64,000 nucleotides of DNA from Gemmatimonadales bacterium (GTDB lineage: Bacteria; Gemmatimonadota; Gemmatimonadetes; Gemmatimonadales; GWC2-71-9), in contig JBBQFH010000002.1 in NCBI GenBank assembly GCA_038321865.1, forward strand, positions 64,001-128,000, written 5' to 3'. Below the pieces are notes generated by a model. That model ran no database searches and was not told where the DNA came from. It saw only the letters and a list, made by a program, of their open reading frames with translations. How positions within the stretch are numbered: the first letter of the stretch is position 1; every line of letters starts with the position of its first letter. Positions 45,521 to 56,700 of this stretch are shown here, piece after piece. Both the position numbers and the translations under genes were made by a program.

Positions 45521-46410
45521 TGCTCCTCCTTCGGCGGGGTGCGCTGATTGCGCTCGAATTCCCGCTCCTGCTCCTTCCGGACGCGGATCTCGCGAATCTC
45601 TCGCTTGAAGTCTTCAACGTTCGCCGACCGCTGTGCGGCGAACCGCAAGTCCTCATACAGCCAGCCCGACCGATCGAACGCCTTTGATTCGTTGCCACCG
45701 GTCGGCAGGTGCAGCAGGCCGAGAACGGCCGCCGGAATTTTCAGCCCCGCAATGTAGATGTTCCGCGAGTCCAGCCCAAACTTCTTACCCGCAATCGTCG
45801 TCGTCCAGCTCGGCATCACGACGGCCCTCGATGCCGGATCGGCGGCGATGCTGTCGAGGAACGCCTGGATGATGCTGGTGACCGCACTGTCCGCCAGCTG
45901 CGCGTGGGTACGCTGCAGCCGCTCCGCCAGCTCGCGCGGCGGCAGCGGCAGTGGCGCAACCCAAAGCTTCCCGCGCGCCAGCCCAGGCCCGATGCGGCGC
46001 GGGCCCGCGTCGGGGCTCGCTGTATCGCCGCGCGCGGCGGGGGCCGGTGCTGCGGTCACGATCGGGCTCGGCAGTGCTGGCGGAGGCGGCGCGGGCGGGA
46101 CGGCGTGCGCGACCGCGACCGGCGCGTTCGACGCAGTAGCGCGCGAGGGGGCGGACATCCGGCCCCCTGGCGCCGCGCTCCGAAGTTGAGTGGTGCCCTG
46201 GGGGATGTCGCCGCCGGATGGAAGAGAGACCAGGATGACCGGCGCGGCCGGGGGAGCGATGTTTTGCGGAATCCACCCGCTGAACACCACGACCCGGAGC
46301 AGCACGAGGTGGATGAGTACGCTGGCCGCGACCGCGAGCCGCGGCCAGCGCGGAGTCGGCGGAACGCCAAGCTCAAAGCGTACCGGCAAGCGCTCCCCGC
46401 TGCGTGGCAT
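45517..46410 (-). CDS. Hypothetical membrane-anchored protein with Pro/Ala-rich linker
   Basis: SVLIH TM segment (TonB-like N-terminus), low-complexity linker, C-terminal domain; start uncertain. Confidence 0.65.
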   Translation of the reverse strand: MPRSGERLPVRFELGVPPTPRWPRLAVAASVLIHLVLLRVVVFSGWIPQNIAPPAAPVILVSLPSGGDIPQGTTQLRSAAPGGRMSAPSRATASNAPVAVAHAVPPAPPPPALPSPIVTAAPAPAARGDTASPDAGPRRIGPGLARGKLWVAPLPLPPRELAERLQRTHAQLADSAVTSIIQAFLDSIAADPASRAVVMPSWTTTIAGKKFGLDSRNIYIAGLKIPAAVLGLLHLPTGGNESKAFDRSGWLYEDLRFAAQRSANVEDFKREIREIRVRKEQEREFERNQRTPPKEEQ

Positions 46411-47569
46411 CGAGGACAGTGCCGATTCGTCGTACCGCTTCCGCGATTCGCTCCGGCCCGACCGTCAGGGCGATGCGGAAGAACCCTTCGCCCGCGGGAC
46501 CGAAGCCGCTGCCAGCCATGACGAGGGCACCGGTCTCCTCGAGGACCCGCCTGGCGAACGGACCCGACGCGACGCCGGGTGGAAGTGCCACCCAGAGATA
46601 CATCGCCGCCTTGGGCGACTCGAGCGTGAATCCAGCGGCCCGAAGCGCCGCTACACCGGCATCGCGCCGCCGCTCGAGCTCGGCGCGGATCGGCTCGACG
46701 ATCGCCTCGGAGTGGTCGAGCGCCGCCACGGCGGCCTGCTGAATGGCCAGGAAGGGACCGGTGTCGACGTAGGATTTCACCCGCGTGAGGGCGCCGATCA
46801 GGTCCGGCCTCCCCACCGCGAACCCGATCCGCCAGCCCGTCATCGAATAGCTCTTCGACAGCGAGAAGAACTCGATCGCGACGTCACGCGCGCCTTCGAT
46901 TTCGAAAATGCTGGGCGCGCGATATCCGTCAAAGGTCAGCTCGCAGTAGGCGTTGTCGTACGCCAGCAGAATGTCATGCTGGCGGCAGAGCGCGACGGTC
47001 CGCTCGAGGTATTCGCGACTCGCCACCGCGGCCGTGGGATTGTTCGGGTAGTTTACGAATACGATGCGCGCTCGGCGCAGAATCTCGGGCGACAGCGACG
47101 CCAGCTCGAGCAGAAAGCCGTTCTCCGGCCGTAACGGCACGATGTGCGGCTCGGCGCCGGCCAGGAGCGCACCACCCAGATACGCCTGATAGCCGGGCTC
47201 GGGCACGATGGCGACGTCACCCGGATTGATCACGGCGACCGGCAGGTGACTCAAGCCCTCCTTGGAGCCGATGAGCGGCAGCGTTTCCGTCACCGGGTCG
47301 AACCGAAGTCCGAATCGGCGCTCCACCCAGCGCGATGCCGCCTGCCGGAACGGAAGCAGCCCCTGCTGAAAGCCGTACTTGCTGAGTGAGGGGTCGGCGA
47401 GCGCGGCGTTCATCGCCTGTACGACGATCGCCGGCGGAGGGGTGTCGTTGTCACCCGCACCCAGATCAATCACGTCCATCCCGGACTCGATCAGCCTTCG
47501 CTTGATCGTCGGGATTTCGGCCAGGGGGTAGCCGGGCAGAGCCAGCAACCGGTCACTGAATGTGATCAT
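46373..47569 (-). CDS. Class I/II PLP aminotransferase (LL-diaminopimelate aminotransferase-like)
   Basis: GSKEG, NYPNNPT, DNAY, SLSKSYSMTGWRIG. Confidence 0.88.
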   Translation of the reverse strand: MITFSDRLLALPGYPLAEIPTIKRRLIESGMDVIDLGAGDNDTPPPAIVVQAMNAALADPSLSKYGFQQGLLPFRQAASRWVERRFGLRFDPVTETLPLIGSKEGLSHLPVAVINPGDVAIVPEPGYQAYLGGALLAGAEPHIVPLRPENGFLLELASLSPEILRRARIVFVNYPNNPTAAVASREYLERTVALCRQHDILLAYDNAYCELTFDGYRAPSIFEIEGARDVAIEFFSLSKSYSMTGWRIGFAVGRPDLIGALTRVKSYVDTGPFLAIQQAAVAALDHSEAIVEPIRAELERRRDAGVAALRAAGFTLESPKAAMYLWVALPPGVASGPFARRVLEETGALVMAGSGFGPAGEGFFRIALTVGPERIAEAVRRIGTVLDATQRGALAGTL

Positions 47570-48192
47570 CGTGGCCCTGCAGCTCGGACGGGATTGGACA
47601 GCCGGCCGACTTCGGGAATCTCGACTTCGACGATGTCGCCTGGCGCGAGGCGACCCACGCCGGCCGGCGTGCCGGTGAGAATCAGGTCCCCGGGCTCGAG
47701 GGTCATTACCCCGCTGATGTACGCTACCAGTTCGGGAATCGAAAAATGCATATCAGTGGCGGGCGCGCGCTGGCGCTCGACGCCGTTCACACGGGTAATC
47801 ACACTCAGCGCGCGCCAGTCGAGGCCTTCCACCACTCGCGGCCCGACGGGACAGAATGTATCGAACCCCTTGGCGCGCCCCCATTGCCCGTCCGGCTTCT
47901 GGAGATCGCGCGCGGTAACGTCGTTTGCACAGACGAATCCGCGGATGCCGGCCTCGCCCGACGCCGCGTCGGCATGCCGGAGCCTCGCGCCGATCACGAC
48001 GCCGATCTCGCCCTCGTACTCGACCTGGCCCGAAGCGGACGGGAGCTCGATCGGATCACCGCTCGCGAGCAGCGCGCTGGGTGGCTTGAAGAACAGCATG
48101 GGCCGTTCAGGCAGCTCGTTCCCGAGCTCCTTGGCGTGCGCCACGTAGTTGCGGCCGACACAGACGATCTTCGATGGTGCAACCGGGATCAT
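47566..48192 (-). CDS. Fumarylacetoacetate hydrolase family protein
   Basis: GRNYVAHA, FFKP, YEGE, NDVTARD, KGFDTF, LTGTPAGV. Confidence 0.93.
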   Translation of the reverse strand: MIPVAPSKIVCVGRNYVAHAKELGNELPERPMLFFKPPSALLASGDPIELPSASGQVEYEGEIGVVIGARLRHADAASGEAGIRGFVCANDVTARDLQKPDGQWGRAKGFDTFCPVGPRVVEGLDWRALSVITRVNGVERQRAPATDMHFSIPELVAYISGVMTLEPGDLILTGTPAGVGRLAPGDIVEVEIPEVGRLSNPVRAAGPR

Positions 48193-50693
48193 ACGCTTGC
48201 TCCGATGCCATAACGGGCGAAGAAGTCTTCACACTTGATGCGGACCTGCGCCCACGGCGCCACGATCCGCTCCGCCCGGGGAAGGCCGCTCAGCACCAGC
48301 GGGCCGTAGCGTTTGGTGATGACCCGGCTGTCCAGCAGCACCACCACTCCAGCGTCCTGCCGGCTCCGGATGAGGCGGCCGAAGCCCTGCTTGAGCTTGA
48401 GCGCGGCATGCGGGAGGAGATACCCCATGAAACCATCCTCTCCCTGCTCCGCCAGGCGTTCCAGCCGCGCCGCGGTGAGCGGCTCGGAAGGAACCTTGAA
48501 AGGTAGCTTGTTGAGCACCAGCGTTCGCAACGCACGTCCGGGCACGTCGACGCCTTCCCAGAATGAATCGGTGCCCAGCAGGATTGCGTTGCCCAGCTCC
48601 CGAAAGCGGCGCAGCAGCACATCACGCGGCGCGTCTCCCTGCACCAGGAGCGGCCAGCGCGAGCCGAGCGACTGCCGCAGCCAGCTCGCCGCCTTCTGCA
48701 GCGCCGCGTGACTGGTGAACAGCACGAACATCCCGCCGTCCGACGCATACGCCAGATCGCTCACGATCTGGGCCACCGCAGCAGCGTGACCTGCCTCGTC
48801 CTCCCGCGGCTCCGGTACGTCCGTGGGAATGCCGAACAGACATTGGGACGGGTAGTCGAACGGCGAGGGGAAGACCTCTCGCACCGTTACCGGTGAGCCC
48901 TCGCCGCCGAGGCCGACCCGAGACTCGAGGAAGCCAAAGTCACCGCCCGCGGCGAGCGTGGCGCTGGTCAGGATCGTGGTCTTGAGTCGGTCGAAAATCA
49001 GCTCGCGAAGGACCGGCGCGAGATCCAGCGGAACAGCGGAAAGCGATACGTCCTGGGACCGGCGTCCCGCGCGCTCCATCCAGCGCACCGTGGGCGGCCC
49101 GCCAGACGCCGGCCTCAGCGTCCGGTTGAGCGCATCGGCCACACCGTCCAGCCGCCGCATGACTCCGCGCAGCTCCTGCAGGAGGGGACCCCGCTTCTCG
49201 CTGTCCTCCGCCTGCCCCAGCCGGTCGGCGATCGTCTCGATCAGCTCCTTCAGGGCGCGGAAGGCGACCAGCGCCGCGTCGAGCTCTGCGCCGAGCCCGA
49301 GCGGCCAAACCTCGTGCGTGGCGAACGAGTCGTCCAGCCGGAGCTGTCCGCCTGCCTGTTCGGCCAGCAAAGAATGCAGCCGGACAAACAGCTGCTCGGT
49401 GCCCCGGCGTGCCGCCGCTACCGCCGGAAGCAACCGCTCACGAAGCAGGTCCAGGCTGGCCCGGCTCATGAGGTCCGCCCGAGCCGACAGCTCGTACGCC
49501 AGCGTGGGGGCCAGGCCGCGGCCGTTCCGCTCGAAGCGACCGAGGAGGCGCCGCACCGACCGGCTCGACACCTGCACGCCAAGGTGGCTGGCCGCGACGT
49601 CCTCGAGGTGATGGGCCTCGTCCAGCACCAGCCGCGAATACGGGGGAAGCACGGCGGCTTCAGTCCAGTTGTCCTGTTCCTTCCGCACGGCAAGGTCGGC
49701 GGCGAGCAGGTGGTGGTTGACCACCACGATATCCGCTTCCGCCGCACGCCGGCGGGCCCTGAACAGGAAGCAGCGATCGAAATGCGGGCACTTCATGCGG
49801 GTGCAGAGATCGGGTTCGGCACTGACCTCGTCCCACACTTCGGCCGTCGGCTGCACCGCAAGATCGCTTAGCGTCCCGTCAGGCGTATGTCCGGCCCACT
49901 CCGCGATTCCGTACAGCTCTTCCAGCTTCTCCTGCTCGAGCAGCGTGCGCTGCGCCGAGACGGCCTGATGCATGCGGGCGAGGCAGAGATAGTTCCGCCA
50001 TCCCTTGAGGAGCGCGAACGTGGGCGTGTAGTCCTCGTCCCCCAGCGCCTTGCGGAGCAGTGGCAGGTCCTTGCCGACCAGCTGCTCCTGCAGGTTGATG
50101 GTATTCGTGCTCACCACGGTACGCTCGCCGTTCATTCGCGCCCATGCCAGCGCGGGCACCAGGTATGCGAACGACTTGCCGACGCCGGTCCCCGCCTCCA
50201 GCAGCAGTGTGCCCCCATCGTTGTAACCGTCCACGATGTACGCCGCCATGTCGCGCTGGCTCTGGCGATCCTCATACTGGCCCATCAGGCGCGCGATGGG
50301 TCCCTGCTCTCCGAGGAGGTCGACGACGTCGAACGGGTCCACGCGCAGTACCGCGCGATCGTGCGGCACCTCGACCACTACGTACAGCTCCGTCGCGTCG
50401 TTGTTCAAAATCCCGAAGCCGACGCCGCCATCGTGCAGCCGGGCGGCGACCGACAGGTCCTCCCCGGAAGGATCGAGGCGCCCGCCGGGATGGTTGTGCA
50501 GGACCATCTCCCCGCGCTGGGCGGCGCCGGGGAGGGCAAGCACCATCTCCACGGTGCCGCGCGCTACGGCACGAGCCTCGGTCACGACGCCGTCGCGATC
50601 CACCTGCGCCACGAACGACACCTCGCGCCCGCCCGCCGCCGAAATCTCGGCGGCGAGGTAGGCGCGGACGCCGGGGGCAATCCGCTCACTCAA
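48189..50693 (-). CDS. DinG/XPD-family helicase with N-terminal JAB/MPN (RadC-like) domain
   Basis: HNHPGGRLDPSGED; EAGTGVGKS; Fe-S cysteines (NYLC, CTRMKCPHFDRC); DEAH; FWEGVD; QGFGRLIRS. Confidence 0.9.
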   Translation of the reverse strand: MSERIAPGVRAYLAAEISAAGGREVSFVAQVDRDGVVTEARAVARGTVEMVLALPGAAQRGEMVLHNHPGGRLDPSGEDLSVAARLHDGGVGFGILNNDATELYVVVEVPHDRAVLRVDPFDVVDLLGEQGPIARLMGQYEDRQSQRDMAAYIVDGYNDGGTLLLEAGTGVGKSFAYLVPALAWARMNGERTVVSTNTINLQEQLVGKDLPLLRKALGDEDYTPTFALLKGWRNYLCLARMHQAVSAQRTLLEQEKLEELYGIAEWAGHTPDGTLSDLAVQPTAEVWDEVSAEPDLCTRMKCPHFDRCFLFRARRRAAEADIVVVNHHLLAADLAVRKEQDNWTEAAVLPPYSRLVLDEAHHLEDVAASHLGVQVSSRSVRRLLGRFERNGRGLAPTLAYELSARADLMSRASLDLLRERLLPAVAAARRGTEQLFVRLHSLLAEQAGGQLRLDDSFATHEVWPLGLGAELDAALVAFRALKELIETIADRLGQAEDSEKRGPLLQELRGVMRRLDGVADALNRTLRPASGGPPTVRWMERAGRRSQDVSLSAVPLDLAPVLRELIFDRLKTTILTSATLAAGGDFGFLESRVGLGGEGSPVTVREVFPSPFDYPSQCLFGIPTDVPEPREDEAGHAAAVAQIVSDLAYASDGGMFVLFTSHAALQKAASWLRQSLGSRWPLLVQGDAPRDVLLRRFRELGNAILLGTDSFWEGVDVPGRALRTLVLNKLPFKVPSEPLTAARLERLAEQGEDGFMGYLLPHAALKLKQGFGRLIRSRQDAGVVVLLDSRVITKRYGPLVLSGLPRAERIVAPWAQVRIKCEDFFARYGIGASV

Positions 50694-51985
50694 GTTTTCA
50701 GTTCTTTCTTCTTCGCGGCCGGAAAGAGGACGTTATTCAGAATCAGCCGGTAGCCCGGCGAGTGCGGATGCAGGGACAGGTCGGTCGGCGCGTCGCCGAT
50801 CTGGTGCTGCGGGTCCTCCGGGTCGTGGCCGCCGAAGAACGTCCACGTCCCCTGCCCGCGCTCACCATGAATGTACTTGGCCCAGGGCGCGCCGGGCTCG
50901 TCGGCGAGCACCGTGTCGGATGGCTTGAGCGTACGCCGGGTGAAGGAGGTGGTGAGCCCGTAGAAGTCGGGAATGACCTGGCGGTGGTTCTGCACCAGCA
51001 TCGTGGCCACCGGATCGATCTTGGCGCTGAAGTTGAACAACGTGAACGACCCGAGGGGCTGGCGACGCTCCGGCGCGTTCACCTGATGACCGTCGATGTC
51101 GGAATACGACGGGGTCGTCGGGCTCAGCTCCAGCTGAGCATTCTGAAACGCGAGGGCCCGGTCCCAGTGCAGCTTCCCGCTGGCGTCCGGGTCCATCGGG
51201 CTCCCGTCGGCGTAGGAGGCGGCGATGTCGACCCCCTCACTCGCGAGCGCGAGATCGAGCGTCTCGGTCGCCGTGCACATGGCGAACAGAAATCCTCCGC
51301 GTTCGACGAATGCGCTGATTTTCTGGGCCACCATGCGCTTGGCCGCCGGCACCGAGGCGAACCCCAGCTGCCGCGCGACGGCGGTGTTGCGCTGAATCAT
51401 GTCGGACAGCCACGGCGCACCGGCGTAATTCAGCACGAACTTCGAGTATTGCCCGGTGAAATCCTCGTGATGGAGGTGCAGCCAGTCGTAGGTCGGGAGC
51501 TTGTCGGCAAACACCTCCGGATCCCAGACCTTCTCGAACTTGACCCCTGCGTACTCGAGCGCCATGGTGACGGCATCGTCCCATGGAGCTGCGTTCGGCG
51601 GGGCGTAGACCGCCACCTTCGGCGCCTTCTCCAGCGGCACGGCGTCCATGTTTCCCTGCTGGAGCTCGCCGCGAATTCGGGTGACCCGACTATCGTCCAG
51701 CGGTTCGGAGGCGACGCCCGACAGCGCTGCGTCCCGAACGGTGGCGGTCTCCGCAGGCACGAGAAAAGACCCGCCGCGATAGTTGGTGAACCACTCGACC
51801 TTCGTGCCCCGTTCCAGCGCCCGGTAGGCGAGACCGTAGGCCTTCAGGTGGTCGCTCTGCGTATCGTCCATCGGGATGAGCAGCCACGGCGCCGCCGACC
51901 GCAGGCCGCGAGGAAGCCAGATCCCCGACCAGGGCAGCAGCACCGCGGCACCCGCCGCGCCGCGCAGCAGATCGCGACGCTTCAC
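50690..51985 (-). CDS. Tat-exported class I glutamine amidotransferase-like protein (family often labelled 'asparagine synthetase B')
   Basis: MKRRDLL twin-arginine signal; HLKAYG, WLHLHHEDFTGQ, GGFLFAMC, GHDPED. Confidence 0.75.
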   Translation of the reverse strand: MKRRDLLRGAAGAAVLLPWSGIWLPRGLRSAAPWLLIPMDDTQSDHLKAYGLAYRALERGTKVEWFTNYRGGSFLVPAETATVRDAALSGVASEPLDDSRVTRIRGELQQGNMDAVPLEKAPKVAVYAPPNAAPWDDAVTMALEYAGVKFEKVWDPEVFADKLPTYDWLHLHHEDFTGQYSKFVLNYAGAPWLSDMIQRNTAVARQLGFASVPAAKRMVAQKISAFVERGGFLFAMCTATETLDLALASEGVDIAASYADGSPMDPDASGKLHWDRALAFQNAQLELSPTTPSYSDIDGHQVNAPERRQPLGSFTLFNFSAKIDPVATMLVQNHRQVIPDFYGLTTSFTRRTLKPSDTVLADEPGAPWAKYIHGERGQGTWTFFGGHDPEDPQHQIGDAPTDLSLHPHSPGYRLILNNVLFPAAKKKELKT

Positions 51986-53712
51986 GTGCGGGGCACGGCT
52001 CCGCGCGCCTCGTCGAGCGCCCGTCGCGCCTGAGGAACGAGGGCACTGGTCGCGTAGGTGAGAATCAGGTGCTCCAGCGTGGCGACAGCTTCCGGACGCC
52101 TTCCCAGCGCGATCAGCAGACGGCCCAGCTCGAGCTCCGCTGCCGGCGCCGTGGCCGGTGCAGCCTCGACATCGGCGGCCCGAAACGCCTTCTCCGCCTC
52201 CACCGCGCGGCCCCGCGCGGCCTCCAGCCGGCCCGTCCACAGGCGAAGCTCCGCTCCCCCTCGATCCGGCGCCAGCTTGCCGGCGAGCCGCGACAGCGCG
52301 GACACCGCCGCCGCGGTGTCGCCCTGTTCCAGATGAAGGAACGCGGCGCCGAGCGCGGGCAGCGAGTCGTCGTCGATCCGTTGCAGCAGCGCCAGCAGCG
52401 ACGCGCGCTTCGCCGCCTCCTCACGGGTGCCGGTGTAGGGACCGGCCGCACGAAGTCGGGCTACCGCACCCAGGATGTCTCCCCGCAGCATGGCGACCCG
52501 CCCCGACACCGCGAACCCTTCCACCGTACTGTCCGCGACGAGCGCCCGCTCCGCTCGATCGAGCGCGCCGGAGCGCGCCCAGCCCCAGGCAACGCGGCGG
52601 TTGAGGCTGAGGTACTCGTCGGCGCTCAGTGAGAGACGTGCCGCGCGCAGGCGGTCGTCCGCGTCCATCATTCGTCCCTCGTCCACCAGGACGCCGATGA
52701 GCGTGGCGGCGGCGCCGGTCATGGCTGCGGGCGCAGCGCCCCGGTCATCCGCCACGCCGTTCAGCATGCGCCTGGCGCTCTCGCGATCCCCGCCGTCCGC
52801 ATACGCCTGCGCGGCGAGCATGCGCGCCCGCGGCGCGCCGGCCCCCGGGCTCCGCGTGGCCAACGCTTCGTAGGCCATCCCCTCGGCGCGCCGTGAGTCA
52901 GGAGTCGCCGGCCGCGCCTGCAGCCCCTCGACGAACTGCTTGAGTCTCGCCGCCGCCTGGACGTTGTCGCCGGGGAGGGCGGCCTGGAACACCCGGAACC
53001 CGCCGACCGGGTCGCCCCACCGCGCGATCAGCGAGCCGGCGAGTGTGCGCCCATCGGCCGCCCCGTCTCCCTGCAGCAGACGCAGCAGATCGGCGTGCAC
53101 CTGGTCCGGCGCTGCGGACAGGGCCGCCAGCGCGGCGTACCGGAAGCCATCCACCTGCCGGATCGCGGCCAGCCACTCGTGGGCGGAGCCGGTCCAGTCC
53201 CGTTCGCCGATCGCAAGCTGCGCCGCTTCCGGGGCGAGGGCGTCGAGGCGCCCGACCCGCTGCCGGGCCAGCGTCACTCCCGCCCGCGCGGCGGCACGAT
53301 CTCCCCGCCCGATGGCCGCGCCGACCCACTCCCGATACGGAGCCTCGTCTCCCGGGGCAGACTGCGCCCAGCGATCCACAGCCGCCCGCACGCTGTCGGC
53401 CGCGCCAAGGGCGATCCACGTACGGACCAGCACTCCGTTTCCCACTGCGCTCGGCGCACCGGCCGCGAGCGCCGCCCGCGCCGCCGGCGCTGCCTCGGCG
53501 GTCCGGTTGAGCGGGAGCAGTGCACGCTCAAGGCCCAGCAGCGCGGCCACGTCGGCGGGCCGCGCCCCGAGGGCGGCGCGGTAGGCTTCCGCCGCGGCCG
53601 CGTAGCTGCCCTGACGCTCGAGATCGAGAGCGCGAGCCAGTCCGGGCTGCTGAGCCGCGGCGGATTCGCCGAGGGCTGGCAGCATCAGCAGCGCGAAGAT
53701 TCGGGTTCTCAC
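51982..53712 (-). CDS. Secreted TPR-repeat protein
   Basis: Signal peptide; Ala-rich TPR-like helices; GTG start overlaps the upstream stop. Confidence 0.75.
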   Translation of the reverse strand: MRTRIFALLMLPALGESAAAQQPGLARALDLERQGSYAAAAEAYRAALGARPADVAALLGLERALLPLNRTAEAAPAARAALAAGAPSAVGNGVLVRTWIALGAADSVRAAVDRWAQSAPGDEAPYREWVGAAIGRGDRAAARAGVTLARQRVGRLDALAPEAAQLAIGERDWTGSAHEWLAAIRQVDGFRYAALAALSAAPDQVHADLLRLLQGDGAADGRTLAGSLIARWGDPVGGFRVFQAALPGDNVQAAARLKQFVEGLQARPATPDSRRAEGMAYEALATRSPGAGAPRARMLAAQAYADGGDRESARRMLNGVADDRGAAPAAMTGAAATLIGVLVDEGRMMDADDRLRAARLSLSADEYLSLNRRVAWGWARSGALDRAERALVADSTVEGFAVSGRVAMLRGDILGAVARLRAAGPYTGTREEAAKRASLLALLQRIDDDSLPALGAAFLHLEQGDTAAAVSALSRLAGKLAPDRGGAELRLWTGRLEAARGRAVEAEKAFRAADVEAAPATAPAAELELGRLLIALGRRPEAVATLEHLILTYATSALVPQARRALDEARGAVPRT

Positions 53713-56700
53713 GGCCGGGCCGGCTGCTCCGACAGCTTGCGGAAGTAATCCATGACCAGCCGGCGCTCTTCCGGCGAGAGCTGCTGCAGCTGTTCCCACG
53801 ATGGAGGCCGAAGACCGTCGTCAGTCTGGAGCCGAGCGCGCAGTGCGGGCGGCAGACTGATGCTGTCTCCTGCGGCGGTCGTGCTCTGCCGTTCCTTCTT
53901 CTCGTCTTCCTCGTGCCCCTGCAGCGTGCGCCCGGCGTCCAGCATGCGGCGGAAGAGACGCTCCTGCCGCTCGACGGTCTGCCGATCCAGGCGGCCCGCT
54001 TCCAGCCGCCGGGCCAAATCCTTGGCTTCGTCGGCAAGTTCGCCTGCACCGGGCATGTTGCCCTGCGCACGGAGCCGCTCCAACTGCTCCGACAGCGCCC
54101 GCTGCTGCGCGCCGAGCCGCTCAAGCGCCGAGGCCATGCCGGAGCTTCCCGCCATCGGGAGCATTCCCCCTGCCTGCTGCCCAAGCTGCCCCTGTTGTCC
54201 CGCCAGCTCGCCCATGCGCTTGATCGCCTCGGCCATACCGCTGCCGGACTGCGCCCCCGATACATCGCCCCGGGCACGCACCAGCTCGTAGCTCGCCGCG
54301 TTCAGCGCATCGATCGCGCCGCCTGCCCGTTCTGCCGCCTCCCGGGAATTGGGCGCCGCCGACGAAACCGCCTCGCGCGCGCGCTCCATCTCCTGCTGAG
54401 CCGCAGAAAGCGCGGCCGAGATCTGCGGCGAGACGAGCGCGTTGCGGCCCGAGGCCTGCCGTACCTGATCGAGCAGCTTCTGCACACCCTCCTCCACGGC
54501 CCCCTGCTCCCCACGCGCGGCGGCCGGATCACCCCCCTGCTGAAACTGGCGCTGCACGCCAAGCTCACGCTCGGTCAGCCTCGTCGACTCGGCCAGCGAC
54601 CGGTCAAGTGCGTCGGCGACTTCCTGCCGCCATTCCTCCTGCATCGCCTCCCGGTCCTGGTCGATTTGGCCGCCGAGCGGCTTCAGCGACTGAGACGCCT
54701 TCCGGCCGTGGGCTTGGGCTTGCGGCCGCTGCCCGGACGCCGCGGCCTGCTGCGCCTGCTTCATCTGATCCGCCGCGTCCGCTGCCGCCCGTGACGCCGA
54801 CTCCGTCTTGCCGCTCCGCGCCGAATCCTCAACTGCCTCGGACGCCTGCTTCAGCCCGGCCGCCAGTGAGTCCGCCCGTGCGGCCAGCTGCCGCTCCTCC
54901 GCGGAGGCGGCGGCACTGTCCGCGCGGGTCGCCTGCTCGTTCCACTGCTCCTGGGCACGGGCGAGATCCTTCGCCTCCTGCGCCAGATTCGAGAGATCAC
55001 CCTCCAGCGCGGCACGCTTGAACAGCTCGCGGCTTCGCTCCAGCGCCTCTTTCAGTTGCTTCTGCACCTGCGCCAGATCCTGAAGCGCCTGCTGGGTGCG
55101 CTCAGCGTCCAGTTCCTGGAGCGAGCGCTGCAACTCGGCGAGTTTCTCCCGCAGTTCGGGTGTCAGGGCGCGATCGAGCTCCTGGCGGATTTCGTCGAGG
55201 TGTTTCTGAAACTCCGGATCGGTCAGCCCGGACTGCTTCGCGCTCTCCTGCAGCTGCTGCAGCGCGCGATCAAGGGACTCCGCGTCGCGCACCAGCTGCT
55301 CCTGTGACCGGGCGATGGCCTCCGCCTTCTTCGCCTGGTCAAACTGGAGACTGTTGTCGGCGCGCTGGGCACCGCCGTTCTGCGGGCGCGGTTGCTCGCG
55401 CGCGAGGTCCTCCGCCTGACGTTCCAGCCGGGCGCTCCGGGCGGCGATCGAGTCGAGCCGCCCGCCGATCGCCTCACTCGCTTCGCGTTGCGCCGCGCGC
55501 ATCTCCGTCGCGGTCGGCACGCGGATGACGAACTCACGCGATCGGCCGACGTGGGCCTGTGGCGCGTTGTCGGTCGCCAGGGCCACGTACCGCAGCGAGT
55601 CACCCGGCAGGAGTCCGCGGCGATCGAGTTGCAGCGTGTAGGACAGAATGGCGCGATCGGTCCGCTCCGCCGGGAGCGCGACCGACTCCCGCACCACCGA
55701 GTCCGCCACTCCCAGCCGGCTCACCCGGCGGCTCTCAAGCGTCACCCGCATCAGCGCATGATCGTCCCGCACGTCGAGCACCAGCGGGACCCGGAGATCG
55801 AGCGGCGCGACGGTGTCCGCGCCGGGAACGGGAATCTCGACCCGCGGCGCGCTGTCGGCCACGACACGAACCGGGAGCCGAACGGTGTCTCCGCCCAGCG
55901 CCGCACCGTCCGCCGTGACCAGCAGAAGCTCGTACGATGCCGACGCCGCAGGAATCAGACTGCCGGCGAACGTCGAGCTGGTCACAGCCAGCCGATGCAC
56001 GATGCCCGGCGCTTTCCAGGCAGCGGACCTGAGCGCGGCCGTCGCCTGGCCGCGGGTGTCCAGCCGGGTACCGGCCGGCACGACGATGGTGTCGCCACCG
56101 ACCGGCAGCGGTTCATCGTCCATATGCAGATACGACGGATAATGCGCCGTCACGCTGAGGGCGCCGAGGAAGACCGGAAGCCGCACCCGGACCAGTACGG
56201 TGTCGGACGACCGGGATGCGCTGGTCAGCCGGGCGTACAGATCGGCGCGGAGCGGACCGACTATCCGGATCGAATGGCCGGCGGAGTCGAGCTGCACGCG
56301 CTCGGGCCGCCAGGCCTCGCCCGGCGCGCGCAGCCAGAGGGTGGCGTCCCTGCGCCCCGGTGCATCGAGCACCAACGACACGCTCCCGCCCCGGTCGACC
56401 GCATCGGCCGACGCGCGAATGCGGACCGGCGCGATGGTCTCCTTCCAGGCGCGGAGGGGATGCCACAGCGCTGCCGCGGTGCCATGCACCGGGCCGGCCG
56501 AGCCGATCGCGGTGAGGCCGAGAGCGGCACACACTGCGCCGGCGGCGGCACGCTGGCGGATCGGGACAGCGACGGGGTCGAACGCCTGCCGGCCCCTCGA
56601 CTCGAGCGCCGCGGCCTCAGCGCGATCGGCCTGCGCGAGCAGCGAAGGGCTTCCGCCTGCGGCAGGCAGATCGAGCAGCGCGGTCAGCGCTCCCGAGCGC

